Source: Leptonemataceae bacterium | GTDB lineage: Bacteria > Spirochaetota > Leptospiria > Leptospirales > Leptonemataceae | DNA length: 64,000 nucleotides | Assembly (NCBI GenBank): GCA_965227295.1 | Contig: OZ245742.1 | Span: 3,232,001-3,296,000, forward strand | Reading direction: 5' to 3' | In this document: in pieces, positions 12,553 to 21,755 of the stretch | Layout of the letters: each line of letters begins with the position of its first letter | Numbering within the stretch: the first letter of the stretch is position 1 | Translations under genes and position numbers: made by a program | The notes under the pieces: generated by a model | What the model was told of the DNA's origin: nothing | Databases searched by the model: none | The model's input: the letters and a program-made list of their open reading frames with translations, nothing else

Positions 12553-12655
12553 ACTCCGAGGACCGAGGTTTTGCGGGGAGGGCGATCGTAGCTGGAAAGC
12601 GAGCAGGCTATGATCACTCTCTGTTTTTGTTTCTCGGTACCTCGGTCCTCGGAGT
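12553..12655. repeat. ACTCCGAGGACCGAGG inverted-repeat doublet
   Basis: ACTCCGAGGACCGAGG ... CCTCGGTCCTCGGAGT; interior GATCGTAGC...GCTATGATC also pairs. Confidence 0.85.
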
Positions 12656-12661
12656 GGAAAA

Positions 12662-13441
12662 TTAACTCTTCAATCTCGTTCCAATGTCGAAGAACTTCGA
12701 AAGATCCTCCGGCTTCGCGTTGAACATGTAGCCCCGTGCTCCGGCGGTGACGCTCGGGTACTTTTCCTGCGCGCGTTCCAGAAAGGAATCGGGCAGGACG
12801 GTGGACATGTTGAACAGGCCCTTCGCGAACTCACTCGTGGTGGGCTCGTCATCCGGGAACGCCAGCGCGCCGCCGGTGTCGCTGGAGATGTGGATGTTCA
12901 TGACGATCACGGGTCCGTCGTCGGTGTAGACGTCCGCCATAATGGACTGAGCCGTCGCCACGGGATTGTCCGCGGTCCACTGTCCGTCGCTCACGTGAAT
13001 CAAGACCGGCGGGAACGACGCCTTATGTCCGGCGCACCAGCTCGACAGGTCTTTCTTCGCGTGCTGGAAGCCGGCCTCCATGTCGGTGTTCCATTCCCGC
13101 GTCGGATCGTCGACCCACACGGGCTTCTGAATCTGGATGCCGTCCAGTTCCATGGTGCCCAGGGACTTCGGATTGTTCGCCAGATCGATGACGGACTGGA
13201 TGGGCAGCAGATCCACGGTGCCTTCGCCGTAACCGATCATGCCGATCTCGAAGTAGGCGCGGATCTCGTCGCCCTTTTCACACGAGAGGATCAACTGGTC
13301 GATGGCGTCGTTGGTGATCTGCGCCAGGTACTGGCCCTTGGTCTTGCCGGAATTCGCGTACTGCTCGGACATGGAATACGAACAGTCGACGAGAAAGAGA
13401 ATCAAGGCGGGGTTGTTGCGAGATATCTCGGCTGTATACAT
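12662..13441 (-). CDS. vWA domain protein (TerY-like)
   Basis: MIDAS motif FLVDCSYSM, NTDM, IHVSDG. Confidence 0.85.
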   Translation of the reverse strand: MYTAEISRNNPALILFLVDCSYSMSEQYANSGKTKGQYLAQITNDAIDQLILSCEKGDEIRAYFEIGMIGYGEGTVDLLPIQSVIDLANNPKSLGTMELDGIQIQKPVWVDDPTREWNTDMEAGFQHAKKDLSSWCAGHKASFPPVLIHVSDGQWTADNPVATAQSIMADVYTDDGPVIVMNIHISSDTGGALAFPDDEPTTSEFAKGLFNMSTVLPDSFLERAQEKYPSVTAGARGYMFNAKPEDLSKFFDIGTRLKS

Positions 13442-13468
13442 GCGTTTCTCCTGAGTGATTGTGAAAGT

Positions 13469-14254
13469 TTATGACTGCTGATTGCCTTTGAGTTTGTCCA
13501 CCAGGGTCTTCAAGGAAGCGGCCACCTCGGAGTGCGCTTTCTCGAATGCGGCCCGGACCTCGACGGTTTGTTCCTGGGCCCGTCCGGCGTTGATGCCCAT
13601 GTCGATTTTCTTTTGCTTGAGCTGTTCGATCTCGGCCTGGAGTTCCTGGATCTTCTTTTCGTTCTCGGCGATTTTCGCGTCGATTTCGGACTGGCGCTTG
13701 TGCGGATCCTTAATGTTTTCTTCGTAGAACTTATCCAGTTCCTTTTCGAACTGCGCCTTCTGGACGGCCATGACCTTTTCGTAGTGGCGATAGTTGGCGA
13801 TGAGCGTGTTCTTCGTAACCCGCATGGTTTCCGCGGAGAGCAAGGCCGTCTGCAGGGCCTCGCCCTCGTTTTTACCCTCACCGATGAATCGTCGGTAGAG
13901 CTCCTGGAATTCGAAGAAGTCGAAGCCCGGCAGGTTCTCCGCTTCCAGAGCGCGGTTCAGGCTTTCGATGAACTCTCTGTAAACCTTTTCGCTGTGTTCC
14001 GGAGACGACGGAGCACCGGACGCGTTCTCGGAAGACTGTGTGCCGGAAGCGGAACTGCCGGCACGACGGATGACCGAGGACGACGGCGTGCTCGGCGAAT
14101 TGCCGGCGGCGGGATCAGCGGGATCGCTCGTGGCCGCCCCGCCCGGATCTTCGGCGGGGTCCTCGGAGACCGCGCCCGCGGACGGCGGCGTCGGCGGCAC
14201 GGTGCTGCCGCCCTCTTCGAAGATCAGGTTCATAAATCGATCAAAAATGGCCAT
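13469..14254 (-). CDS. Hypothetical protein with low-complexity linker and C-terminal coiled coil
   Basis: Ser/Pro-rich segment, NLPGFDFFEF, long heptad region; tightly spaced in the cluster. Confidence 0.75.
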   Translation of the reverse strand: MAIFDRFMNLIFEEGGSTVPPTPPSAGAVSEDPAEDPGGAATSDPADPAAGNSPSTPSSSVIRRAGSSASGTQSSENASGAPSSPEHSEKVYREFIESLNRALEAENLPGFDFFEFQELYRRFIGEGKNEGEALQTALLSAETMRVTKNTLIANYRHYEKVMAVQKAQFEKELDKFYEENIKDPHKRQSEIDAKIAENEKKIQELQAEIEQLKQKKIDMGINAGRAQEQTVEVRAAFEKAHSEVAASLKTLVDKLKGNQQS

Positions 14255-14279
14255 AACATCATCTCAGCAAACATTAGAA

Positions 14280-15119
14280 TCAAACCCGCCCGTCGCCCGG
14301 GTCCAGGTTCATGATCGTTTGTTCGAGAAACTCCACCACCTCTTTGAATTTTTTCGATTTCTTGAACGCCGGCGGGCGGTCGTGCACCGGCTCGTCGATT
14401 TTCACGCGCTCCACGATGGAACCCGGGTTCGCTCGCATCACCCAGATCTCGTCCGCGAGGTAGACCGCTTCGGTGAGATCGTGAGTGACCATAAAAAACA
14501 CGGTATGCGGATGCTTGCGCGCCAGGTCCAGAAAGATCTTTTTGATCAGCAGTTCCATGTCCAGCTTCGTGCGGACATCCAGTTTGCCGAAAGGCTCATC
14601 CAACAGGAGCAGCGACGGATTCGACATGAGGCTGCGGGCGATGGCCACGCGCTGGAGTTGCCCGCCGGAGAGATCGGGCATCTTGCTGTACTTTTGCGCA
14701 TGCTCTTCCAGGCCGACCAACTGTAACATTTCCGTGGCGCGTTCGTAGCGTTCTTTGCGCGGCACGCCCTGGACTTCCAGCGCGAAGGCGACGTCGTCGA
14801 TGACCTGCCGCCACTCGAAACCCATGGGCGTTTGAAACACCATGCCGATGCCCTGATTGCCCATCACACGTCGCTCGTTGATATAGATGTGACCGCCGGT
14901 GGGTTCCTGCAGGCCGGCAATGCAACGCAGGATCGTCGACTTGCCGCAGCCGGACGGTCCGAGCAAAACGATGAAGCGCCCGGCCTCGCCCTCGATCAAA
15001 AAGTTCACGCGATCGAGCACGACAATCGCCGAGCCGTCGTCGCGTCTGTAGGTTACGGTTAGATCTTCCGCGCGGACAATGTCCGGCAAATCGGTGTCGA
15101 TGAATTCCACCAGGCTCAT
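14280..15119 (-). CDS. ABC transporter ATP-binding protein (NitT/TauT/SsuB type)
   Basis: GPSGCGKST, LSGGQ, LLLLDEPFGKLD, VTHD. Confidence 0.95.
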   Translation of the reverse strand: MSLVEFIDTDLPDIVRAEDLTVTYRRDDGSAIVVLDRVNFLIEGEAGRFIVLLGPSGCGKSTILRCIAGLQEPTGGHIYINERRVMGNQGIGMVFQTPMGFEWRQVIDDVAFALEVQGVPRKERYERATEMLQLVGLEEHAQKYSKMPDLSGGQLQRVAIARSLMSNPSLLLLDEPFGKLDVRTKLDMELLIKKIFLDLARKHPHTVFFMVTHDLTEAVYLADEIWVMRANPGSIVERVKIDEPVHDRPPAFKKSKKFKEVVEFLEQTIMNLDPGDGRV

Positions 15120-15937
15120 GCCGACGTCTCCCGGCTGTACTTGTGCGGAAAGAACACGCGGTCTAAATACAGAAACGATCGGTCCTGCAGGTATCCGATC
15201 AGGACGACCGTAAACAGAAGCGCGAACATCCAGTCCGGTCGCGAGTTACGCTGGGCGAGCCACATGAGCGCGCCGATGCCGCCGACGTTCGGATCGAACT
15301 CGCTGCCGCGGTTGAGCATCTCCGCGATCGTAATGTAGGTCCAGGACACCGCTACAATCACGCGGATGTCGCCGAAGATGTTCGAGAACGCGGCGGGCAC
15401 GAGTACTTTGAAAACGATCTGGACTTTCGAAGCGCGCAACGACTTCGCCGTATCCACGAGTTGTTCGTGCACCTGGTCGATGCGATCCACCACCAGCGGC
15501 AACAGATATACGATGATGCCCACCGCCAGGAACATGATCTTCATGGTACTGAAGATACCGAAGTACAGAATAAACAAACCCGTCAGCGCGTTGATGGGCA
15601 GGTAGCGCGCGGCGTCGATGTAGGGTTTCAGCAAGAAGCGTACAAACGGAACCGCGCCCATGGCGACACCGATCACCATGCTGAACGTGATGGCGATGGC
15701 GTAGCCGCTGAAATTTAAGAAGAGCGAGTAGAGGACGTTCCGGAGCAGGGCGTGCTGGACGTGCAATTCCGGGAACGCGAAGAAGACGCCCACCGGAGAC
15801 GGTAGAATCTGCGGGGCGATGAAGCCACCCACCGTAAACAACGACCAGATGAAAACTAAGAGGACGAGCCCCGCGATCTGCACTCCCAGGGACTCGAGCC
15901 GGGAAGGAGTACCGCGGGGCGTAAAGAGTTCCGACAT
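15116..15937 (-). CDS. ABC transporter permease (SsuC/TauC type)
   Basis: ILPSPVGV, multiple TM segments, EAA-like DTAKSLRAS, WTYITIAE; overlaps both neighbours. Confidence 0.92.
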   Translation of the reverse strand: MSELFTPRGTPSRLESLGVQIAGLVLLVFIWSLFTVGGFIAPQILPSPVGVFFAFPELHVQHALLRNVLYSLFLNFSGYAIAITFSMVIGVAMGAVPFVRFLLKPYIDAARYLPINALTGLFILYFGIFSTMKIMFLAVGIIVYLLPLVVDRIDQVHEQLVDTAKSLRASKVQIVFKVLVPAAFSNIFGDIRVIVAVSWTYITIAEMLNRGSEFDPNVGGIGALMWLAQRNSRPDWMFALLFTVVLIGYLQDRSFLYLDRVFFPHKYSRETSA

Positions 15938-17511
15938 TACTGCTGAACCACGATGTCCGTGCGTCGATTGGCGGCCCGGCCCACGGCCGTGGCGTTGGTG
16001 AGCAGCGGTTTATCCGGACCGTTGCCGACGACGATGAACTTGTCCGCGTCGAACTCGTAGTTCTGCACCAGGTAATCGCGCACGGACTCGGCGCGTTTCT
16101 GCGACAGGGCCACGTTCGTGGCGCGGCTGCCCGTGTTGTCCGTGTTACCCTCTATGCGAATGCGTGCCTTGCCGGCACCGCGGATCATGGGCACGACTTC
16201 TTTTAAGATGATCGTTTGCGCCGCGCCGGAAATGGAAGCGCTGCCCGTGGCGAAGTTGATCGTCACCGGCTTCGATGCGATGATCGTCGGGTTGTCGATT
16301 TCGTCCTGGGTGGGGGCTTCGAATTCCAGGCTCTCGGCGTAGTGCCGGTCGCCGGTAAGGTTGATGCTGCGAATGAACGTAACATCGGAGATGACTCGCC
16401 ACGGCGGGGCGTTCCGTGCGAGACCGACGCTCGCGTAGACCTCGGTCATGCGCCGATAGAGATCTTCGCCGGTGTTGCCGGTGCGACCGAAGAAGTTCAC
16501 GTTGTCGCCGTAGGTCGTGAGCCGCACGTTGTTGATGGCGTTCTCACAGAAATCCCGCGGCATCTGGAGACCTTCCGTGAGGATGTCGACGGCTTCCTGT
16601 TTCGCGCTGTCGCTGGAATTGATTTCGGCCGCGCCGATCATCCAGCCGGCGACCAGGGCCTGGGTTTCGGCGGGATACTGGCGCAGGAACTCCTCTTTCG
16701 CGAAGAACACGTCGGCAATGATGTGTGACGCCTGTTTCGTGGAGACCAATCGCTTCGAGCCGGGCACGGCTTCGACGCAGGCGTCGTCGTCCGGCGACCA
16801 GACCACGGCGGCGTCCACGCTGCCGGTCTTAAACGTTTCCGCGGCTTTGATGGCATCGGAGACGGGGACCAGCGTTACGTCCTTCTGGCTCATGCCGCCG
16901 GAATCGAGCAGCCACAACAGAAACGTATGCGAGGGGGTCCCCTGGGCGAAGGCGATCTTCTTGCCGCGCAGGTTTGAAACCGTATCGATACCGGGCCGCA
17001 CCACGATCACGTCGCCGCCGCGGGACCAGTCGGCCTGGAAGACGACTTTTGGTTTGTAAGGGGCGAGGCCGGCGCTTTCCGTCGGGAAGGCGTCGATGGT
17101 GGTCCACAGGAAATCAACGTCGCCGTTTTTCCAGGCGGCCCGCGACGCGTCGAAGTCGTCATTCACCACGAACTCCACTTCGATGCCGAATTCTTTTTTG
17201 TACATCGAGTCCGGGTTGGGACGGAAGCCGCGGTTGAAGTACTGACCGCCGGCGTAACCGCCCCAGGTGACGACGCCCACACGGATCGGCCGGCCCAGGG
17301 GATCGCCGGGATTTTCCAGCTTGCGCGCGTTCGGGTTGCCCGCGTCGGGATCATAATCCCCGCCGGAACCCGCGGCCTTGAAGATGCCCGAGGGCACGTC
17401 CCCGCCGTACGAAACGGACGGCGCGTAGGACCAGATGAGCCAGCCCAGGCCGAGAACGATGGCCAGGATGATTAAGAACTTCGGTAACGGTTTGAGTCTG
17501 CGTTGTGCCAT
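15937..17511 (-). CDS. Membrane-anchored ABC substrate-binding protein (NMT1/SsuA-like) fused to OmpA-like domain
   Basis: N-terminal TM; DWSRGGD, LRGKKIAF, AAVVWSP; C-terminal INFATGSA...IEGNTDNTG...NVALSQKRAESV...NRRTD. Confidence 0.9.
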   Translation of the reverse strand: MAQRRLKPLPKFLIILAIVLGLGWLIWSYAPSVSYGGDVPSGIFKAAGSGGDYDPDAGNPNARKLENPGDPLGRPIRVGVVTWGGYAGGQYFNRGFRPNPDSMYKKEFGIEVEFVVNDDFDASRAAWKNGDVDFLWTTIDAFPTESAGLAPYKPKVVFQADWSRGGDVIVVRPGIDTVSNLRGKKIAFAQGTPSHTFLLWLLDSGGMSQKDVTLVPVSDAIKAAETFKTGSVDAAVVWSPDDDACVEAVPGSKRLVSTKQASHIIADVFFAKEEFLRQYPAETQALVAGWMIGAAEINSSDSAKQEAVDILTEGLQMPRDFCENAINNVRLTTYGDNVNFFGRTGNTGEDLYRRMTEVYASVGLARNAPPWRVISDVTFIRSINLTGDRHYAESLEFEAPTQDEIDNPTIIASKPVTINFATGSASISGAAQTIILKEVVPMIRGAGKARIRIEGNTDNTGSRATNVALSQKRAESVRDYLVQNYEFDADKFIVVGNGPDKPLLTNATAVGRAANRRTDIVVQQ

Positions 17512-17557
17512 AACTTTTACTGATTTTACTTTAGTGTTTTGAGTGATGCGCCGCGAT

Positions 17558-18610
17558 TCAGGCCCCGGAGCGGGCCCGGGACTGGTTTTCCTGCCGGAAG
17601 CGTGCGAAGACGTCGTGATACTTGCCGCCCTCGCTGCCCAGATCCTCGGCGACGCTGTCGGCCGGTTTGCTGTCGAGGTGCGGGTCGGCCTTCACTTCCC
17701 GGCCGCCGAGATTTACGGAGCCGGTCTGCTCCCAGGTTTCGAGCATGCGCAGCCCCTTGTCCAGAGCCACCTCGTCCTTGAAGTCCAGGTTCTCCATGAT
17801 GTTCGAAGAAATGCGTAAGTAATTTTCGATTTGTCCGAGTTTTTCACCGACGTCTTTTTCAACGTAATCCTTCGCCATCTCGAAGAACTCGTAGTCCACG
17901 CCGCTGCCGGAGAGGGCGCCGGTCGCCTGAGACATGGCCTTCGAGGCGGCGCGCATGCTTTCGAACTCCATCTCCGTAACTTTGATCTCTTCTTTGAGAT
18001 CGTCGATGGAAATGCCCACGGCGTCGTCGACCTTGGCGAGAATCCCCAGTAAGTGTTCCAGGCGTTCGGCCAGGGGGCCCAGGCGCTGGTTTACGCTTTC
18101 CAGGCGGCCGGCCGTGCGCGTATGCAGTTGCACCTGGCGGTCGCGGCCGGTCTTTTTGGCGACGCTCGCCTTGTGCATGGAAAGTTCGATTTGTTTGCTG
18201 TTACTGGATATGACCTTGTTCAGGCGGCCGCGCACGCCGGCGACTTTCGAGATCTGACTTTGCAGATCTTCCTGCTTGTCGCGCAAAGCGTCGAGGTAGT
18301 TCTTCATGATGCCGATGGGATCGATCTCGATGAAGAGGCCCGTGAGGAAGCGCATGACGCTCTTGTAGCCGTGCCAGATGAGTCTCCGGAAACGTTTGTC
18401 GAGAGCCACGTAGATGATGGCCGCGAGAGCCACGCCCAGGATGGCGGCATAGAGCGCGTTCTGCAAGAGGACGATGATGAACGGCAAAAGAAAGAACAGG
18501 CCGATCCCCGCGCCGATGACAATCAGCGCCAGAAAGAACATGCCGGTCTTGCCTTCCGGGCGTTTCCAGAAAGAGAGGGGATCTTTGCCGTCGTGGATGG
18601 AGTTGTCCAT
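17558..18610 (-). CDS. Membrane-anchored coiled-coil protein, possibly PspA/IM30-like
   Basis: Two N-terminal TM segments, IDPIGIMKNYL, then about 200 aa of coiled coil. Confidence 0.7.
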   Translation of the reverse strand: MDNSIHDGKDPLSFWKRPEGKTGMFFLALIVIGAGIGLFFLLPFIIVLLQNALYAAILGVALAAIIYVALDKRFRRLIWHGYKSVMRFLTGLFIEIDPIGIMKNYLDALRDKQEDLQSQISKVAGVRGRLNKVISSNSKQIELSMHKASVAKKTGRDRQVQLHTRTAGRLESVNQRLGPLAERLEHLLGILAKVDDAVGISIDDLKEEIKVTEMEFESMRAASKAMSQATGALSGSGVDYEFFEMAKDYVEKDVGEKLGQIENYLRISSNIMENLDFKDEVALDKGLRMLETWEQTGSVNLGGREVKADPHLDSKPADSVAEDLGSEGGKYHDVFARFRQENQSRARSGA

Positions 18611-18640
18611 AGTGTTTGTTAGTAATTCCTGAAGTGAAGT

Positions 18641-19483
18641 TTAGGCCTGATTTTTCGCGCTGCGAAAGACGTCGGTGGCGTCGAAGAACTCGGTGTCGTG
18701 CACGCGCAGGCGGCGAGACTCCCCGCGCAGATACGTCTCCACGGCGAGGTGTTCCCACCAGGCCGCCATGGCCATGCAGACCGCGAAGTAGCCGCGAATG
18801 AAACGGTGGATGTTCTCGCCGTCGATGTAGGGGGCGATGCTGTTCTTCAGTCCTTCCTCGTGGCCGATCTCAAAGTCCTTGTGGCCGTCGATGTAAAGGT
18901 TCGTGAGGCTGCCCTTACGCAAGTCGTCGTTCAGCAGTTCTTTGTAGCGCCGGACGAACTTGTCCAGAATGCGAAACTCGGCGATGGCCGTACCTTCGAA
19001 GGCCAGCAGGGCGCCGGCGGAGTAGGCGTTGTCGTCGTGCTTGAAAATGTTGCGCATTTTTTCGAGGAAGCTGCGCGTTACGGCGGAATAGGTGACGCCG
19101 TCCGTTTCGATGCCCAGATCCAGCCGGTAGCCCTGACGCATCATTTCTAAGTGCGGAATGTGTTTCGTTTCGGAGCCCTTTTCTTCGGCGATGTTGTGTT
19201 CGATCTCTTTCTTGAGTTCCGGCCAGTCGTGGTTACGGATCATGGCGTCGAGGAGCATGTGGATGGCCTCGTTCGAAAAACCGGAGTACTCCACAATGAC
19301 GAAAGCAAGCTGCTGGTGATCCCAGTCCATCATGGAGCGGACAACGGCGTTGTCCTCGGGATTCAACGTGGTGAAAACTTCGTCGCGATACTTCTGCAGC
19401 ATCGGAACGGCCTCGTCGTAGGTCCTGGGATGTTTTTCGAGGAACTCTGCGATCGTACGACTGACGCGGGAAAAGTCGATCAT
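18641..19483 (-). CDS. Heme-oxygenase-like diiron (TenA/PqqC/CADD-like) protein
   Basis: HNIAEEKG...HLE, ALLAFEG, GHKDFEIGH metal-ligand pattern. Start uncertain (ATG 19483 chosen). Confidence 0.65.
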   Translation of the reverse strand: MIDFSRVSRTIAEFLEKHPRTYDEAVPMLQKYRDEVFTTLNPEDNAVVRSMMDWDHQQLAFVIVEYSGFSNEAIHMLLDAMIRNHDWPELKKEIEHNIAEEKGSETKHIPHLEMMRQGYRLDLGIETDGVTYSAVTRSFLEKMRNIFKHDDNAYSAGALLAFEGTAIAEFRILDKFVRRYKELLNDDLRKGSLTNLYIDGHKDFEIGHEEGLKNSIAPYIDGENIHRFIRGYFAVCMAMAAWWEHLAVETYLRGESRRLRVHDTEFFDATDVFRSAKNQA

Positions 19484-19559
19484 GTCCGGATACCGTGGGG
19501 GATGGGATGAGTCGCGCCAAAACGCGGCCACCCCAGGGTCCCGGGCGAACAGCATCGCG

Positions 19560-20549
19560 TCAAATGAAATTCCCGACGTCTTTGATCGACGCCGCCGCGC
19601 GGAACACGGAGAGAAGGCGCTCCAGGCCCACGGCTATGCCGCTGCACTCCGGCAGGCCGGGGTCTTCCAGCGCGGCGAGCAGGCGACCATCGGCCGTCAT
19701 CAGCGGCTTGCCCAGGCGCCGGCGGAGTTCGTTTTCGTACGCGAAGCGACGGCGGTGTTCGGCAACGTCGCTTAACTCAAAGTAGCCGTTGCCGAGTTCA
19801 AAGCCGTTCCAGTAGATCTCGAAGCGCCGCGCCCGGCCGTCCTCGACCCGGGCCAGGGCTGCAAGTTCCGGCGGATAATCGTACACGAACTCCGGGACGC
19901 CGCGACCCAGGTGCGGCTCCACAAGATTCAGGAAGACGGTGAAGAAGATTTCATCGTACAACCAGTCGGAAAGATCGCCGTCTCCGGCCAGGCGCCGGTC
20001 CCGGACGCAGCGTTCCAGGTCCGCGCGTTCCCAGGAGCGAAGACCGGCGAATTCGGCGAGGAGATCCAGGACCCGTCGCCGTGGAAAGCGGTCGTTCGGG
20101 ATCTGCGCTGCCGTCTCCGGCACGGCGAAGTCCCGGCCGAGTTCGCGGAACAGGGCCTCGCATTGATCCATGAGGGCGAATTCGTCGGCGCCGACCAGGT
20201 ACCATTCGAGCATCAGGAACTCTTCAGAATGGAGCCGGCCGGTATCCCCCTCGCGGAAGCAGTGGGCGATCTGATAGACGGACCGCCGCAGTTCCGTGAG
20301 GAGAATCTTCATATTATACTCCGGGCTCGTGATCAAATAGCCGGCCCGGGCATCGGTCGGCGGCGGGGCCTCCGGGCTCTTCCGAACACCGGCGCGCTGA
20401 ACGGAAAAGGAGTCCAGGTGAGCTTCCACCGCCCCGTGGACGTTCAGGAGAGGGGTCTCCACTTCCAGGAAGCCCTGCTGATCGAAGAATTTCCTGATGG
20501 CGGCGCGAAACTCGTGCTGGAGCCGGACCCGTTCGAGAAGATCGGACAT
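19560..20549 (-). CDS. epmA: EF-P lysine aminoacylase EpmA/GenX
   Basis: FLEVETP, LITSPEYNMK, CFREGD...H.EEFLMLEWY, ELGNGYFEL, SGIAVGLERL; no anticodon-binding domain. Confidence 0.9.
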   Translation of the reverse strand: MSDLLERVRLQHEFRAAIRKFFDQQGFLEVETPLLNVHGAVEAHLDSFSVQRAGVRKSPEAPPPTDARAGYLITSPEYNMKILLTELRRSVYQIAHCFREGDTGRLHSEEFLMLEWYLVGADEFALMDQCEALFRELGRDFAVPETAAQIPNDRFPRRRVLDLLAEFAGLRSWERADLERCVRDRRLAGDGDLSDWLYDEIFFTVFLNLVEPHLGRGVPEFVYDYPPELAALARVEDGRARRFEIYWNGFELGNGYFELSDVAEHRRRFAYENELRRRLGKPLMTADGRLLAALEDPGLPECSGIAVGLERLLSVFRAAASIKDVGNFI

Positions 20550-20620
20550 CAGGCCACACTCCCCAAACGAGATCCGGTGTCAAAACCAACGAAAAAGATT
20601 GGACGGATTGATTTTTACCT

Positions 20621-20650
20621 TTGACAAAATTGTCGCAGCCTGGTTACTTT
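20621..20650 (+). promoter_or_regulatory. Candidate sigma-70 promoter
   Basis: TTGACA (20621) - 18 bp - TACTTT (20645), about 40 bp upstream of the sigma-factor ATG. Confidence 0.45.
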
Positions 20651-20692
20651 GTCAGAACCGCATGCGGCAAGAAGCCCCAGGATCACATCATT

Positions 20693-21646
20693 ATGGAAAA
20701 TAAGACAATGACCCTCGCACCCGAACAAGCAGTGGAGGCCGATCAACAAACGGCATCTCAGGCAATTTCCGGAGGCAAGACTGGGATCGCCGCGAAGAAG
20801 CGCCGCAAGACCAGCGTGGAAGCCAACGATAACATTCTGAACTGGTACCTGAACGAAATCCACAAGATCCCCATGCTCACCCGGGAGCAGGAAACCGACG
20901 TGGCCGAAAAAGCCCGGGACGGAGACCAGCGGTCGCGGGATCTCCTGGTCCGCTCTAACCTGCGTTTTGTCGTGACCGTGGCCCGGCGCTATCAGTCATA
21001 CGGCCTCACCATGATGGACCTCATCAACGAGGGGAATCTCGGGCTCATCAAGGCGGCGGAGAAGTTCAACCCGGACCGCGGCTTTCATTTTATCTCGTAC
21101 GCGGTGTGGTGGATCAAACAGTCGATCCTCTTCGCCATCCAGCAGAAGTCCCATCTCATTCGCCTGCCGTTGAATCGCACGGCGGAGCTGCGTCGCCTGG
21201 AAGAAGCCGAGCGCTGGATCGACAACCAGGACGGCATGGACAGCACCGTCGAAAGCCTGGCCCAGGTTCTCGACATGAAGACGGAAGACCTCGCGCACCT
21301 CATGACCATGAGCCGGGATCACCTCAGCCTGGACGCGCCCATGGCGGACGGCGAAGATTTTTCCCTGGGCGACAACATCGAAGACGCGAGCGCCGTTTTG
21401 CCGGAAGATAAAATGGAATTCAGCGATCTGCGTCGGGAAATCGACACCTGCATGGACGGCCTCACGAAACGCGAGCGCAAGGTGCTGGCCATGCGCTTCG
21501 GCCTCGGCGGCGGCCCGGTCCTTTCGCTGCAAAAGATCGGCAAACGCATCGGCCTTTCGAAAGAGCGTATCCGCCAGATCGAGAAAAAGGCCATCCGCAA
21601 AATGCGCACCGGCGAGTGCGGTCAGTACTTAATGGCGTATTTATGA
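20693..21646 (+). CDS. RNA polymerase sigma factor, RpoD/RpoS-like (no region 1.1)
   Basis: SNLRFVV, DLINEGNLGLIKAAEKF, SYAVWWIKQ, LSKERIRQIE. Confidence 0.93.
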   Translation: MENKTMTLAPEQAVEADQQTASQAISGGKTGIAAKKRRKTSVEANDNILNWYLNEIHKIPMLTREQETDVAEKARDGDQRSRDLLVRSNLRFVVTVARRYQSYGLTMMDLINEGNLGLIKAAEKFNPDRGFHFISYAVWWIKQSILFAIQQKSHLIRLPLNRTAELRRLEEAERWIDNQDGMDSTVESLAQVLDMKTEDLAHLMTMSRDHLSLDAPMADGEDFSLGDNIEDASAVLPEDKMEFSDLRREIDTCMDGLTKRERKVLAMRFGLGGGPVLSLQKIGKRIGLSKERIRQIEKKAIRKMRTGECGQYLMAYL

Positions 21647-21755
21647 TAAGGTGCACCGGCGCGCGGAGCGAGCGAAGAAAAATACATCGTGTCCTCGGTG
21701 CCGCGGTGGTAGATTTCTCTTTGACCGGCGATCGTAAGACCTTCAGCCTGTCTCC

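Noticed and set aside
19560..20549. Truncated lysyl-tRNA synthetase pseudogene
   Set aside because: Length and motifs fit an intact EpmA, which naturally lacks the anticodon domain.
21653..21710. Additional member of the CCGAGG doublet family
   Set aside because: Only a partial GTCCTCGGT match without the ACTCCGAGG end; too degenerate to call.
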